Under the pieces are notes generated by a model. That model did no database searches. It saw nothing but the letters and a program-made list of their open reading frames with translations, and was not told the DNA's origin. Shown here one piece after another: positions 8,959-16,442 of a DNA stretch of 28,615 nucleotides (positions are counted from its first letter, which is position 1; each line of letters opens with the position of its first letter). The DNA is from Bdellovibrionota bacterium (lineage in GTDB: Bacteria > Bdellovibrionota_C > UBA2361 > RFPC01), in the NCBI GenBank assembly GCA_049451755.1, contig JBMTVV010000001.1, positions 1 to 28,615 on the forward strand, in the 5' to 3' direction. The translations under genes were made by a program, and so were the position numbers.

Positions 8959-8987
8959 ATACTAGCTGGGGCAACGAAGAGAAACAA
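8959..8987 (-). promoter_or_regulatory. Candidate promoter giving a leaderless or near-leaderless cotH-fusion mRNA
   Basis: TTGTTT (8987-8982), 17-nt spacer, TAGTAT (8964-8959), then 7 nt to ATG 8951; no SD sequence. Confidence 0.35.
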
Positions 8988-9039
8988 GGCTCCCTAAGGA
9001 CACCTTCCTAAAAAGGAATCATCGACAAGAGAAGATAAC

Positions 9040-9076
9040 ACAGAATAGAAAGGGGGCTTTCGATAAGCCCCCTTTC
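9040..9076 (-). terminator. Rho-independent terminator downstream of the 9191-10642 gene
   Basis: Perfect 12-bp arms GAAAGGGGGCTT (9048-9059) / AAGCCCCCTTTC (9065-9076), 5-nt loop; followed on the minus strand by TATTCTGTGTT. Confidence 0.8.
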
Positions 9077-9190
9077 CACAAGAGTTCGTCATTTCGACAC
9101 GGATTGCTTCGTAATTACGGGCAGAAGGGAGGAGAAGCCACTACAAGTGCTCCCGACCATACCCCACCTGCCGACGTGGGTCTCCCTATC

Positions 9191-10642
9191 TTAGACGCCC
9201 CCATAACGGTTGGTTGGCTCTGGTACCCGTAGACACGCATTCGACTTCCACTCAAGATATACTGTACGGCTGCCGGTGTTTGCCTGTGCAGCAGAAGCGA
9301 TCTGGCTCGCCGTGAGCCCACACCCGCCGATCCAACCAGAGAAGTAGTGGTCTGCCCCTCCATTTACACCGGGAATCGAGCTGGACTTAAATGTAAATGC
9401 GCTACAAACGACATTCCCTTGACTGTCATAAACGGTGAGCGCTGAGTCTCCAGTCTTGTTACTGCCAGTAAGGAGAACTACGGGTTTATGCTTCCGATTG
9501 TCAGATGCATCAGCCTCAGGTTTCCAGAGCCTTCCAGTTCCAAAATCAAACACATTCGGGCATACGGAATTGAGGCCTGGGTTAGAACCTCCACCACCGC
9601 TGCTTCCAGTATTTGAGAAATCATTGATATTTGCGAGATCAGCAATGACTGCGTCTGATGGGAGGGTTATTTCTGCGTTAGCACTACTATCAAAGGGGGA
9701 AACAACTGTGAGGCTGTCCTCGTTTTGAATGGCGAACTGCTCACCATTCGCTCCCGCTGCGTAGTTCCCTACTAGGAGAGTACGTCCCAAGTAGGTGCTT
9801 GCGAATACCTGAGTGCCCGCCAGAGTGTAAATACGTACTCGCGACCTCTTGTTGCGGTGCGTTTCCTGTAAGAGTATGTGCGGCGTGCCGTTCCCATCTA
9901 GGATCTCAACCACCTCAATAATATCTCCCCGAACAGCTCCAAGCCGAGCGCCCTCTCTCTCGGAGGAGGTGAAATTATGAGCAGTGTACCGGTACCGACT
10001 TCCCGCACTGTTTGTATAAACGGTACCAACTCGGACCCCATCGGCATCTTGAAAATAAAACGGCTCAGCTTCTCCTGTCTTGATCTTCCGAGTCGTGCGG
10101 CGCGGGAGATTTGCTATCAGCTCTCCTGAGCCAGAGGCAAAGGGATCTAACCGCACTGTGATCCTACCCTTTCTTCGCATCGTGATAGCATCGATAGCCC
10201 CTGAGCCATCCACATCAAGCGCTGCTATGACAAAGTCTTTCAGCCCACCAAAGGCATACGTATCAACGTCAGATCCATCTTCGACATCCCACTTTAGCTG
10301 GGTACCATTTCGCTTTTCAACGTAAGCGTAATCAACGCCTCCATCTCCACGCCAGTCACCAACGGCAACTCCAATACCGGCTTCTCCAAACTCTTCTTTT
10401 TGAGAGAGCGCAGTCGCATAACCCGAAGATGAAGAGAGTATCTGCCAATCAACCGTATCATCGTCTTGGATTGTAAGTTGAATAATCTCTGATAGGTCGT
10501 CATCATCAAGATCAAATTTCACTGACGATTGTGCCGCAGCAGTTGAGGCTGTCATTAAACCCAAAAAGCTGAGTACACCGACTATTAATAGTTGAGAAGT
10601 ATTGGCAAAATGAGAAGAACGTGAGAGCAAAAAAGGCTTCAT
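9191..10642 (-). CDS. Secreted hypothetical protein: FG-GAP/VCBS-like N-terminal region, Gly/Ser linker, Cys-containing C-terminal domain
   Basis: 483 aa; signal peptide (...TAAAQ); VAVGDWRGDGGVDY and ALDVDGSGAID resemble FG-GAP Ca-binding motifs; linker SNTGSSGGGGSNPG; 4 Cys in the last about 125 aa; GGGGG 8 nt upstream of the ATG. Confidence 0.8.
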   Translation of the reverse strand: MKPFLLSRSSHFANTSQLLIVGVLSFLGLMTASTAAAQSSVKFDLDDDDLSEIIQLTIQDDDTVDWQILSSSSGYATALSQKEEFGEAGIGVAVGDWRGDGGVDYAYVEKRNGTQLKWDVEDGSDVDTYAFGGLKDFVIAALDVDGSGAIDAITMRRKGRITVRLDPFASGSGELIANLPRRTTRKIKTGEAEPFYFQDADGVRVGTVYTNSAGSRYRYTAHNFTSSEREGARLGAVRGDIIEVVEILDGNGTPHILLQETHRNKRSRVRIYTLAGTQVFASTYLGRTLLVGNYAAGANGEQFAIQNEDSLTVVSPFDSSANAEITLPSDAVIADLANINDFSNTGSSGGGGSNPGLNSVCPNVFDFGTGRLWKPEADASDNRKHKPVVLLTGSNKTGDSALTVYDSQGNVVCSAFTFKSSSIPGVNGGADHYFSGWIGGCGLTASQIASAAQANTGSRTVYLEWKSNACLRVPEPTNRYGGV

Positions 10643-10938
10643 CCGTTAAACCCCCGTTTTCTACAGACTGAAAGATAATCTTGATCAGAATAATCAAGGA
10701 AAAGCGTAAAGCACAACCCATTCTTCAGGATTTTACCACCGTACCGCCGAACAGGGGAAACAAAAGCAAATATAGAAAACCGAAGCAGCTGGAAATACCC
10801 TGAAATCTTGCGATGAATTCGTATTTTTATAGACCCAAACCGAGCAGAGAGGGGATTCTTTTTCTAAGAAAGCAACCTCCTCGTGGGCAAATTCATAAAA
10901 GGGATACCCATGAAGAAAGAGAAATGAAGAGCCTCTTC

Positions 10939-11946
10939 CTACGAACCTGACGGTTCACTCATAGTAGGGTCACTGCCAAGTAATACCTCTCTACCGTCAG
11001 AAATCCCATCTTGGTCGGAATCTCGCTGGAGAGGATCTGTTCCGAAAACCATCTCCATCTCGTCATCCAAACCGTCCCCATCACTATCAATCCGAGCCGG
11101 GTTCAATCCAACGCGCACCTCATAATCATCACCAAGCCCATCTCCATCAGAATCAACCGGATAGGAAGTTTTATCGAGTGGTGAGGTTCCAGAGCGCATC
11201 TCACTCCCATCTGAGAATCCATCGCCATCTGTATCCCGAGAAGATGTGGAAGTCCCCAGCGAGAGTTCCTGCTTAACAGAGGCTCCGTCAAGATCAGAAT
11301 CAGAGAGAACCATCCGAGCTTTTAGATTTGTTACAGAACCAGTAGGAGTGCTACGCGGATCTAGCTCGTCAGAACCTACATCCAGCTCAAGATCATCAGA
11401 GTACCCATCTCCATCTTGGTCCCCACTAACACCGTCCTCGTTCCGATACATTCCACCAAGCCAATTTCCATACGAGCTATCATTTCGGCGAGATAGATCC
11501 GAAAGACTCGTCACCTTCTTCACAGCATTACCATTGACAGTATCATTCGGCACAGTAGCTGCATCGTCCCCTGCTGCGGGAGAGCTTTTCTTGATGTCAT
11601 TACTACCCTCATTTCCATGGCCGAGCTGCCTAACACCTGCCCAAAAGCCATTCTCTGAACGGAAAGAAAATATCGCAGAGCTCGAGGCTGAACCATCTGA
11701 GGCAGTAGGAGACTCAACGGTCTCGTCATCGGAGGAGTCTGTTGGAGATGGTGACGGTGACTGAGAAGGAGATACTGACGGCGAGGGAGAGGGAGATACC
11801 GAAGGTGAGGGGCTGGGTTTCTCAAATAAGACATAATCCTTTTGACACTTACTTACCCCGGAAACCAAAAAGCAGCTCATGAGAAGAAGGAGCACTCCAC
11901 CAAAGTGAATCTTCTGCATTCCACTACTGAATTCTTGATGTCTCAT
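10939..11946 (-). CDS. Probable lipoprotein with a Ser-Pro tract and bacterial thrombospondin type 3 (DxDxDG) Ca-binding repeats
   Basis: Six motifs (DQDGDG, DSDLDG, DTDGDG, DSDGDG x2, DSDQDG) at about 11005-11421; (SP)n tract at about 11743-11817; hydrophobic signal with Cys (LLLLMSC / VSKCQ). Start uncertain: ATG at 11919, 11946 or 11988, and the frame is open to TTG 12189. Confidence 0.8.
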   Translation of the reverse strand: MRHQEFSSGMQKIHFGGVLLLLMSCFLVSGVSKCQKDYVLFEKPSPSPSVSPSPSPSVSPSQSPSPSPTDSSDDETVESPTASDGSASSSAIFSFRSENGFWAGVRQLGHGNEGSNDIKKSSPAAGDDAATVPNDTVNGNAVKKVTSLSDLSRRNDSSYGNWLGGMYRNEDGVSGDQDGDGYSDDLELDVGSDELDPRSTPTGSVTNLKARMVLSDSDLDGASVKQELSLGTSTSSRDTDGDGFSDGSEMRSGTSPLDKTSYPVDSDGDGLGDDYEVRVGLNPARIDSDGDGLDDEMEMVFGTDPLQRDSDQDGISDGREVLLGSDPTMSEPSGS

Positions 11947-12013
11947 TTCAGCACGCCTTACTTCCGAACGCCGATAAGAATCCCTCATGACTTCGCCCTG
12001 TCGCTTTTTTTTC

Positions 12014-12043
12014 ACAGTTGCCTTTTTTACAGCTGCCTTTTTT
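12014..12043. repeat. 15-bp tandem duplication
   Basis: ACAGTTGCCTTTTTT (12014-12028) followed by ACAGCTGCCTTTTTT (12029-12043); 14/15 identical. Confidence 0.8.
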
Positions 12044-12309
12044 CGAAAGTACCACTTTTGCGAAGCAGCCATTTTCGCTAGCGCATCTTGTCGTTTTAGG
12101 TGCTTTCTATTAGCTACTTTCCGCTGTCTTAGGTGCGGTCTGCTATGCCGGAACCCGTAGAGACACCCTAACATTTTTACCAGACCCAAAACGAATCAGA
12201 AACCTAAAAACCGAAGGCTTCCCATTATGAATCGCACCAGAAAGCCTACATGACGACCACTCGTGACCCTTGGCACCAGCTCTGATATGGTATGGGAGGA
12301 AAATGAAGT

Positions 12310-12561
12310 GTGATCGCCTCACCTATGAAAAAACCTTCTCCAGAAAAAATGCGTGAATGGCAGGCACGTGCGAAGAAAAAGCACGCTATTGTCCCATTTT
12401 TCTTTGAGGTCTTTCCGAATAAGGTGCTGATTATTTGTGGTGACTGCCAACGGGAATTCCAAAGAACCCTCATACCCCGATTAGACGAGCCGACATTTAT
12501 ATGCCCAGAAGAAAGGTGTCGTGCCCGAAACTGGGTCCCAGTACGATTTGATCTCAAGTAG
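12310..12561 (+). CDS. Small hypothetical zinc-ribbon protein
   Basis: 78-83 aa (GTG 12310 or ATG 12325); CGDC...CPEERC four-Cys pattern; GGAGG at 12295-12299; ends 8 bp before yaeQ. Confidence 0.7.
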   Translation: MIASPMKKPSPEKMREWQARAKKKHAIVPFFFEVFPNKVLIICGDCQREFQRTLIPRLDEPTFICPEERCRARNWVPVRFDLK

Positions 12562-12569
12562 GAAGTGCT

Positions 12570-13235
12570 ATGAGTACGAGACAACTGTATACGTTCGACC
12601 TCGTGGTCAACGACACGACACAGGAGTGCTACTCCGAATCTCGTGTTCAACTCTCCATTCATCCAGAGGAAACGCCAGAACTCTCATATGCTCGTGTCCT
12701 CGCTTATGCTCATTGTTTGAAGTACTCCCCTACCCTTTCTGACGACTCACTTGAGGCAAAGAACCCCACGTTATATTCACGGGATGTTTCAGGAGAGTAT
12801 CTGCTGTGGGGTCACGTCGGGGAAGTCCACAAGAAAACATTGAAAGTCATTCTACGCCTCAACTCTTCGTTGGTTCGATTTTATTTTTTTGCTCCTACTC
12901 AGATTGCGACGTTCTGCCACCTCATGCGTGGAAGCAAACAAGACTGGGTCTCTCAATATGAATTCTTTCTTTTCGATGAGCATCAGCTCACACAGTTGGC
13001 AACGTGTGGTTTCGAAAGAAGAAATACTCTAGAGATAGCATTTCTCGAGGATATCCTTTATCTCACCAAGGATGGCGAGACACTGGAAGGTCCCATTAAG
13101 CAGCTTGATATGTGGGAGCAATTCCAAGAATCGCTCAAGCATGGAATAGCAGAGGGTACCACGACAGAGCCACTAAACTCAGAGCCACTAAACACAGAGC
13201 CACTAAACCGCGATTACCTTGTCGAGCACCGCTGA
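12570..13235 (+). CDS. yaeQ: YaeQ family protein
   Basis: Matches the YaeQ pattern: LYTFDLVVND...QLSIHPEET (cf. HPSET), ARVLAY, PTLYSRDVSGEYLLWGHVG; carries an added C-terminal [TS]EPLN repeat. Confidence 0.75.
   Translation: MSTRQLYTFDLVVNDTTQECYSESRVQLSIHPEETPELSYARVLAYAHCLKYSPTLSDDSLEAKNPTLYSRDVSGEYLLWGHVGEVHKKTLKVILRLNSSLVRFYFFAPTQIATFCHLMRGSKQDWVSQYEFFLFDEHQLTQLATCGFERRNTLEIAFLEDILYLTKDGETLEGPIKQLDMWEQFQESLKHGIAEGTTTEPLNSEPLNTEPLNRDYLVEHR
13164..13208 (+). repeat. 15-bp x3 in-frame tandem repeat (TEPLN-SEPLN-TEPLN)
   Basis: [A/T]CAGAGCCACTAAAC at 13164, 13179 and 13194. Confidence 0.95.
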
Positions 13236-13300
13236 CTCTGCATCAATTCAGTAGATCAGACCGCGCGGCTTGAAACTGCCGCACGATCTAATACAGTCTA

Positions 13301-13331
13301 GTTAACACGACGCGCTGGTTAACACGACGCG
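13301..13331. repeat. 14-bp direct repeat, 17-bp period
   Basis: GTTAACACGACGCG at 13301-13314 and 13318-13331. Confidence 0.9.
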
Positions 13332-13357
13332 GTTGGAATGAAATAAAACTACAGAGG

Positions 13358-13984
13358 TTATTTCTTTGGGAACTTCTTATCGAGAATATTGTTCCATTCC
13401 GAAACGTATTGAGACTGCGCCGAAAGCAGCTCCTTAATATCACCCGAAAGAGTGATGGATGTGATGGTATCACCCTGAGCTATTGCGTTTACAACATCTT
13501 GTCCCTTCGTGACCTTGCCAAAGACGGTATGCTTACCATCAAGCCATGGGGTAGGCACGTGCGTAATAAAAAACTGACTACCATTTGTTCCGGGTCCCGC
13601 ATTCGCCATTGAAAGTACACCCGGCGTGTCATGGCGCCTCGCTGCCACGCACTCATCCTGAAATCTATACCCCGGACCACCCATACCAGTGCCTGTTGGG
13701 TCTCCCCCTTGAATCATGAAATCATTAATCACTCGGTGAAAAGTAAGCCCGTCGTAGTAACCTCGCTGCGCAAGATTGACAAAATTTGCTACTGTCACGG
13801 GAGCTTCCTGCGGGTAAAACTCAATGGTCATTACTCCCTTTGAGGTAGTCAATGTACCAAAAATACTCCCTACACTCTTTCCTTCTGCCCTTGCTTCGCC
13901 AACAACTTCTGCCTCACTCATAATTCCTACACCCCCAACAAACAAACATATCGCAACGATACTTCTCGCCAAATATGACCACAT
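13358..13984 (-). CDS. Cyclophilin-type peptidyl-prolyl cis-trans isomerase with an N-terminal signal/anchor
   Basis: [53 protein letters not shown]; GGAGG 6 nt upstream of the ATG. Confidence 0.97.
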   Translation of the reverse strand: MWSYLARSIVAICLFVGGVGIMSEAEVVGEARAEGKSVGSIFGTLTTSKGVMTIEFYPQEAPVTVANFVNLAQRGYYDGLTFHRVINDFMIQGGDPTGTGMGGPGYRFQDECVAARRHDTPGVLSMANAGPGTNGSQFFITHVPTPWLDGKHTVFGKVTKGQDVVNAIAQGDTITSITLSGDIKELLSAQSQYVSEWNNILDKKFPKK

Positions 13985-14043
13985 ACATCCCTCCAGCTCA
14001 AATCAAACACAAAGATACCGTAGAAGCCGACAATTCACTCGAC

Positions 14044-14077
14044 TATCCCTTCACGTCATGTATCCCTTCACGTCATG
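14044..14077. repeat. Perfect 17-bp tandem duplication
   Basis: TATCCCTTCACGTCATG at 14044-14060 and 14061-14077, in the cyclophilin/dsbA divergent gap. Confidence 0.95.
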
Positions 14078-14385
14078 GCCACTGACTGCGGTTTTCCTCG
14101 GGAATACCCACGGCGTCCTAAATTGTGCTAACACCTTATGCAGATTCTTAACACAGCTGCTCTCTATTGCCCATACGCCCCCACACGACCATGAAAACAC
14201 TCCTGTATCTGAAAATCATTGAATTTTTTCTCTAGAAAAGGAGTCATGAAGGGTGTAAAACCAACTGGGGATTGTCGAGCAGGACCGCTAGGGTGAGCCC
14301 TACGGAAAATCCTTCAGCACCCCTAAACTCTGAGCCATTATCGCTCAGGAAATATTCTCACACTCAATTAAGGGAGCCATACTTC

Positions 14386-15168
14386 ATGAAAAGTAGAACG
14401 CAGATATTATCAAACACGCTTATAGCCGGAGCGCTCTCATGCATTCCGCTCCATTATGCAAGCGCTGAAGTTTCTTCTGAGGAATTCAACAAGCTCATGG
14501 ATTCATACCTTCAAACTGAATCGGGTCAAAAGGCGCTCGGGTCGACGATTGAGCAGTATTTTAAAAACCGACAACTGGAAGCTCGAAAGGAGCAGGAACG
14601 AAAAGCTCAGATGGCCATAGAGCAACAGTTTAAAAATCCGACGATAGTTCCGGTAAGTGGAAGCCCAGTAAAGGGGCCAAAAGATGCACCGATCACCATC
14701 ATTGAATTTTCAGACTTTCAGTGCCCGTACTGCTCGAGAGCAAATGATACTGTAGAAGAGGTGCTGAAGAAGTACCCAGGCAAGGTTCGTGTTGCTTTCA
14801 AGAATCTTCCGCTTCCCTTCCACGAGGAAGCAAAACCTGCTGCCGCCGCTGCGCTCGCAGCCGGAGAGCAAGGAAAATTCTGGGAGATGCACGATGCACT
14901 GTTCGAGAACCAACGGAGTCTCAACGCGGATTTCTATAAGGCAACTGCAGAAAAGCTCGACCTCAACGTCGAGAAGTTCCTCGCCGATATGAAATCAGAA
15001 AAGGTTCAGAAGCAAATTGAAGAAGACATGAAACTCGCTTCTGAGAATGGAATCACTGGGACGCCGGGGTTTTTCATTAACGGCGTGCAACTGAAAGGAG
15101 CTCAGCCACTTCCTGCATTTGAACAAGTGATCGATCGATGGCTCGAGGAAGGAAAGGCAAAGAGCTAA
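14386..15168 (+). CDS. dsbA: DsbA family thioredoxin-domain protein
   Basis: EFSDFQCPYC active site, cis-Pro loop GTPGFFING, signal peptide. Start reassigned from 14272 to ATG 14386 (AGGGAG 9 nt upstream). Confidence 0.92.
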   Translation: MKSRTQILSNTLIAGALSCIPLHYASAEVSSEEFNKLMDSYLQTESGQKALGSTIEQYFKNRQLEARKEQERKAQMAIEQQFKNPTIVPVSGSPVKGPKDAPITIIEFSDFQCPYCSRANDTVEEVLKKYPGKVRVAFKNLPLPFHEEAKPAAAAALAAGEQGKFWEMHDALFENQRSLNADFYKATAEKLDLNVEKFLADMKSEKVQKQIEEDMKLASENGITGTPGFFINGVQLKGAQPLPAFEQVIDRWLEEGKAKS

Positions 15169-15188
15169 TACAAGGCTCGTAGACGCTG

Positions 15189-15236
15189 AAAACCCCCAGA
15201 CAGAAAATCACTCCGATTTATCTGTCTGGGGGTTTT
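15189..15236. terminator. Bidirectional intrinsic terminator between convergent genes
   Basis: Perfect 16-bp arms AAAACCCCCAGACAGA (15189-15204) / TCTGTCTGGGGGTTTT (15221-15236) plus an inner AAATC/GATTT stem; A and T runs on both ends. Confidence 0.88.
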
Positions 15237-15299
15237 ATAGTTGTGAGGAAAATTAAGAGTCTCAAACGAAGAAGCTTCCTTCTCCCCCAAAAAGTCAGC

Positions 15300-15698
15300 T
15301 CAGCGAATGAAGAGATCCTCTCTTTTCACCTCCTCAATGACGTGATTTAAGACCCTGATATCATCATCGAGCCCAGATGCGTAGGTCGTCTCGGAGAGTG
15401 CATCATCAATACTGGCAAAATATCGGATAGCACCTACGATCATCTTTTTATGGCGAGGCGTACACTCAGGGTACATGCGCAATAACTCTGTACAAACTTC
15501 ACCAATCCGTTCTATCCGCTTCATATCCAGTATCGGGAATTCTTGTGAGAGCTCATGAAAGTGTGCGATGCACTCTTGCACCTCCGGGAGGAACTCTGCT
15601 ACCCGCTGATCCGGCAACTCCTCACAGAAAGCTCTAAACTGAGGAATAACTTGAACAGGGAACTTTGGTAGAGGGTATTTACGACGTCTAAAGAGCAT
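15300..15698 (-). CDS. YkvA/DUF1232-like protein
   Basis: 132 aa; C-terminal GAIRYFASIDDAL...SGLDDDIRVL resembles the DUF1232 pattern A..Y...P.D.IPD....G..DD. Confidence 0.6.
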   Translation of the reverse strand: MLFRRRKYPLPKFPVQVIPQFRAFCEELPDQRVAEFLPEVQECIAHFHELSQEFPILDMKRIERIGEVCTELLRMYPECTPRHKKMIVGAIRYFASIDDALSETTYASGLDDDIRVLNHVIEEVKREDLFIR

Positions 15699-15723
15699 AG
15701 AACTGCCTCATAAAAGTGAACAC

Positions 15724-15747
15724 TGAACACAATCATGACTGTGTTCA
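15724..15747. promoter_or_regulatory. Near-perfect 24-bp palindrome, operator-like
   Basis: TGAACACAATCATGACTGTGTTCA matches its reverse complement at 22/24 positions; lies in the DUF1232/USP divergent gap. Confidence 0.55.
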
Positions 15748-15925
15748 TAGAACCTAGCAACTCCTGAGCGCAACCTAATAGACGAATATATGACCATCCA
15801 CCGTGGAATGGAGCCGCTCTCAGGCCTCAGAAGCCATACGAGCGGGCATTGGAGCTTCAGGAGAACATCGAAAAATACTGAAGAATCGGCTATACTTTAT
15901 AAGAATTGAAGAGGAGATATATTCC

Positions 15926-16378
15926 ATGCAGAAAATTCTGATTACCACCGATCTCTCGGAAGAATCAAAAGAAGCATTTCCCCTAGCATGTGAGCTAGCA
16001 ACCCTTTCGGGATCAACCATTGAACTTCTTGCCGTAGTTGAAGATCCTGCTCAAGCTGCGCTCATGTTTGCCCTCGATTTTCCTGTTCTTCCAGAGCGTG
16101 AAGTTATTGAGCAACTAAAAGAAAAAGTTGAACGTGACTTATCAGATATAGCGACCACCTCTTTTAAAGGACTACCCGTTCAATGCTCGGTAATAGAGGC
16201 AGTCGGCGCGGTCCATGATACAATTATTCAAGTCGCTCAGGATCGGGGTGTAGACCTTGTAGTTATGGCGACTCATGGACGGACAGGCATTTCTCGACTC
16301 CTCATCGGAAGTGTTGCAGAACGAGTTGTACGGGAGTGCCCTCTTCCAGTATTGACCGTGCCATCGCATAACGCATAA
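15926..16378 (+). CDS. Universal stress protein (UspA family)
   Basis: KILITTDLSEES and DLVVMATHGRTGISRLLIGSVAERVVRECPLPVL. Start moved to ATG 15926 (GAGGAG 9 nt upstream). Confidence 0.96.
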   Translation: MQKILITTDLSEESKEAFPLACELATLSGSTIELLAVVEDPAQAALMFALDFPVLPEREVIEQLKEKVERDLSDIATTSFKGLPVQCSVIEAVGAVHDTIIQVAQDRGVDLVVMATHGRTGISRLLIGSVAERVVRECPLPVLTVPSHNA

Positions 16379-16442
16379 TGATGCGTTGTAAGAAATCTCT
16401 CAGAATACAAAGTAAATCTAATTGCTAGGACAACGAACAGAG

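Noticed and set aside
10674-10698. FNR or Fur box upstream of the 10642 gene
   Set aside because: TTGAT...ATCAA has a 7-nt spacer where FNR needs 4; the Fur match is only 13/19 in AT-rich DNA.
11246-11764. 172-aa Ser-rich antisense ORF
   Set aside because: Mirror of the Asp/Gly/Ser codons of the TSP3-repeat gene.
12303-12356. 17-aa ORF after GGAGG
   Set aside because: SD-to-ATG spacing is only 3 nt; the SD is better explained by the Zn-ribbon start at 12310.
14246-14296. 16-aa ORF after AAGGAG upstream of dsbA
   Set aside because: SD is only 2 nt from the ATG; no other support.
14272-14385. Longer N-termini given in the ORF track for dsbA (14272), USP (15803), pfk (16422) and menG (21408)
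   Set aside because: Downstream ATGs give family-typical lengths, with clear SD sites for dsbA and USP; the extensions have no family similarity.
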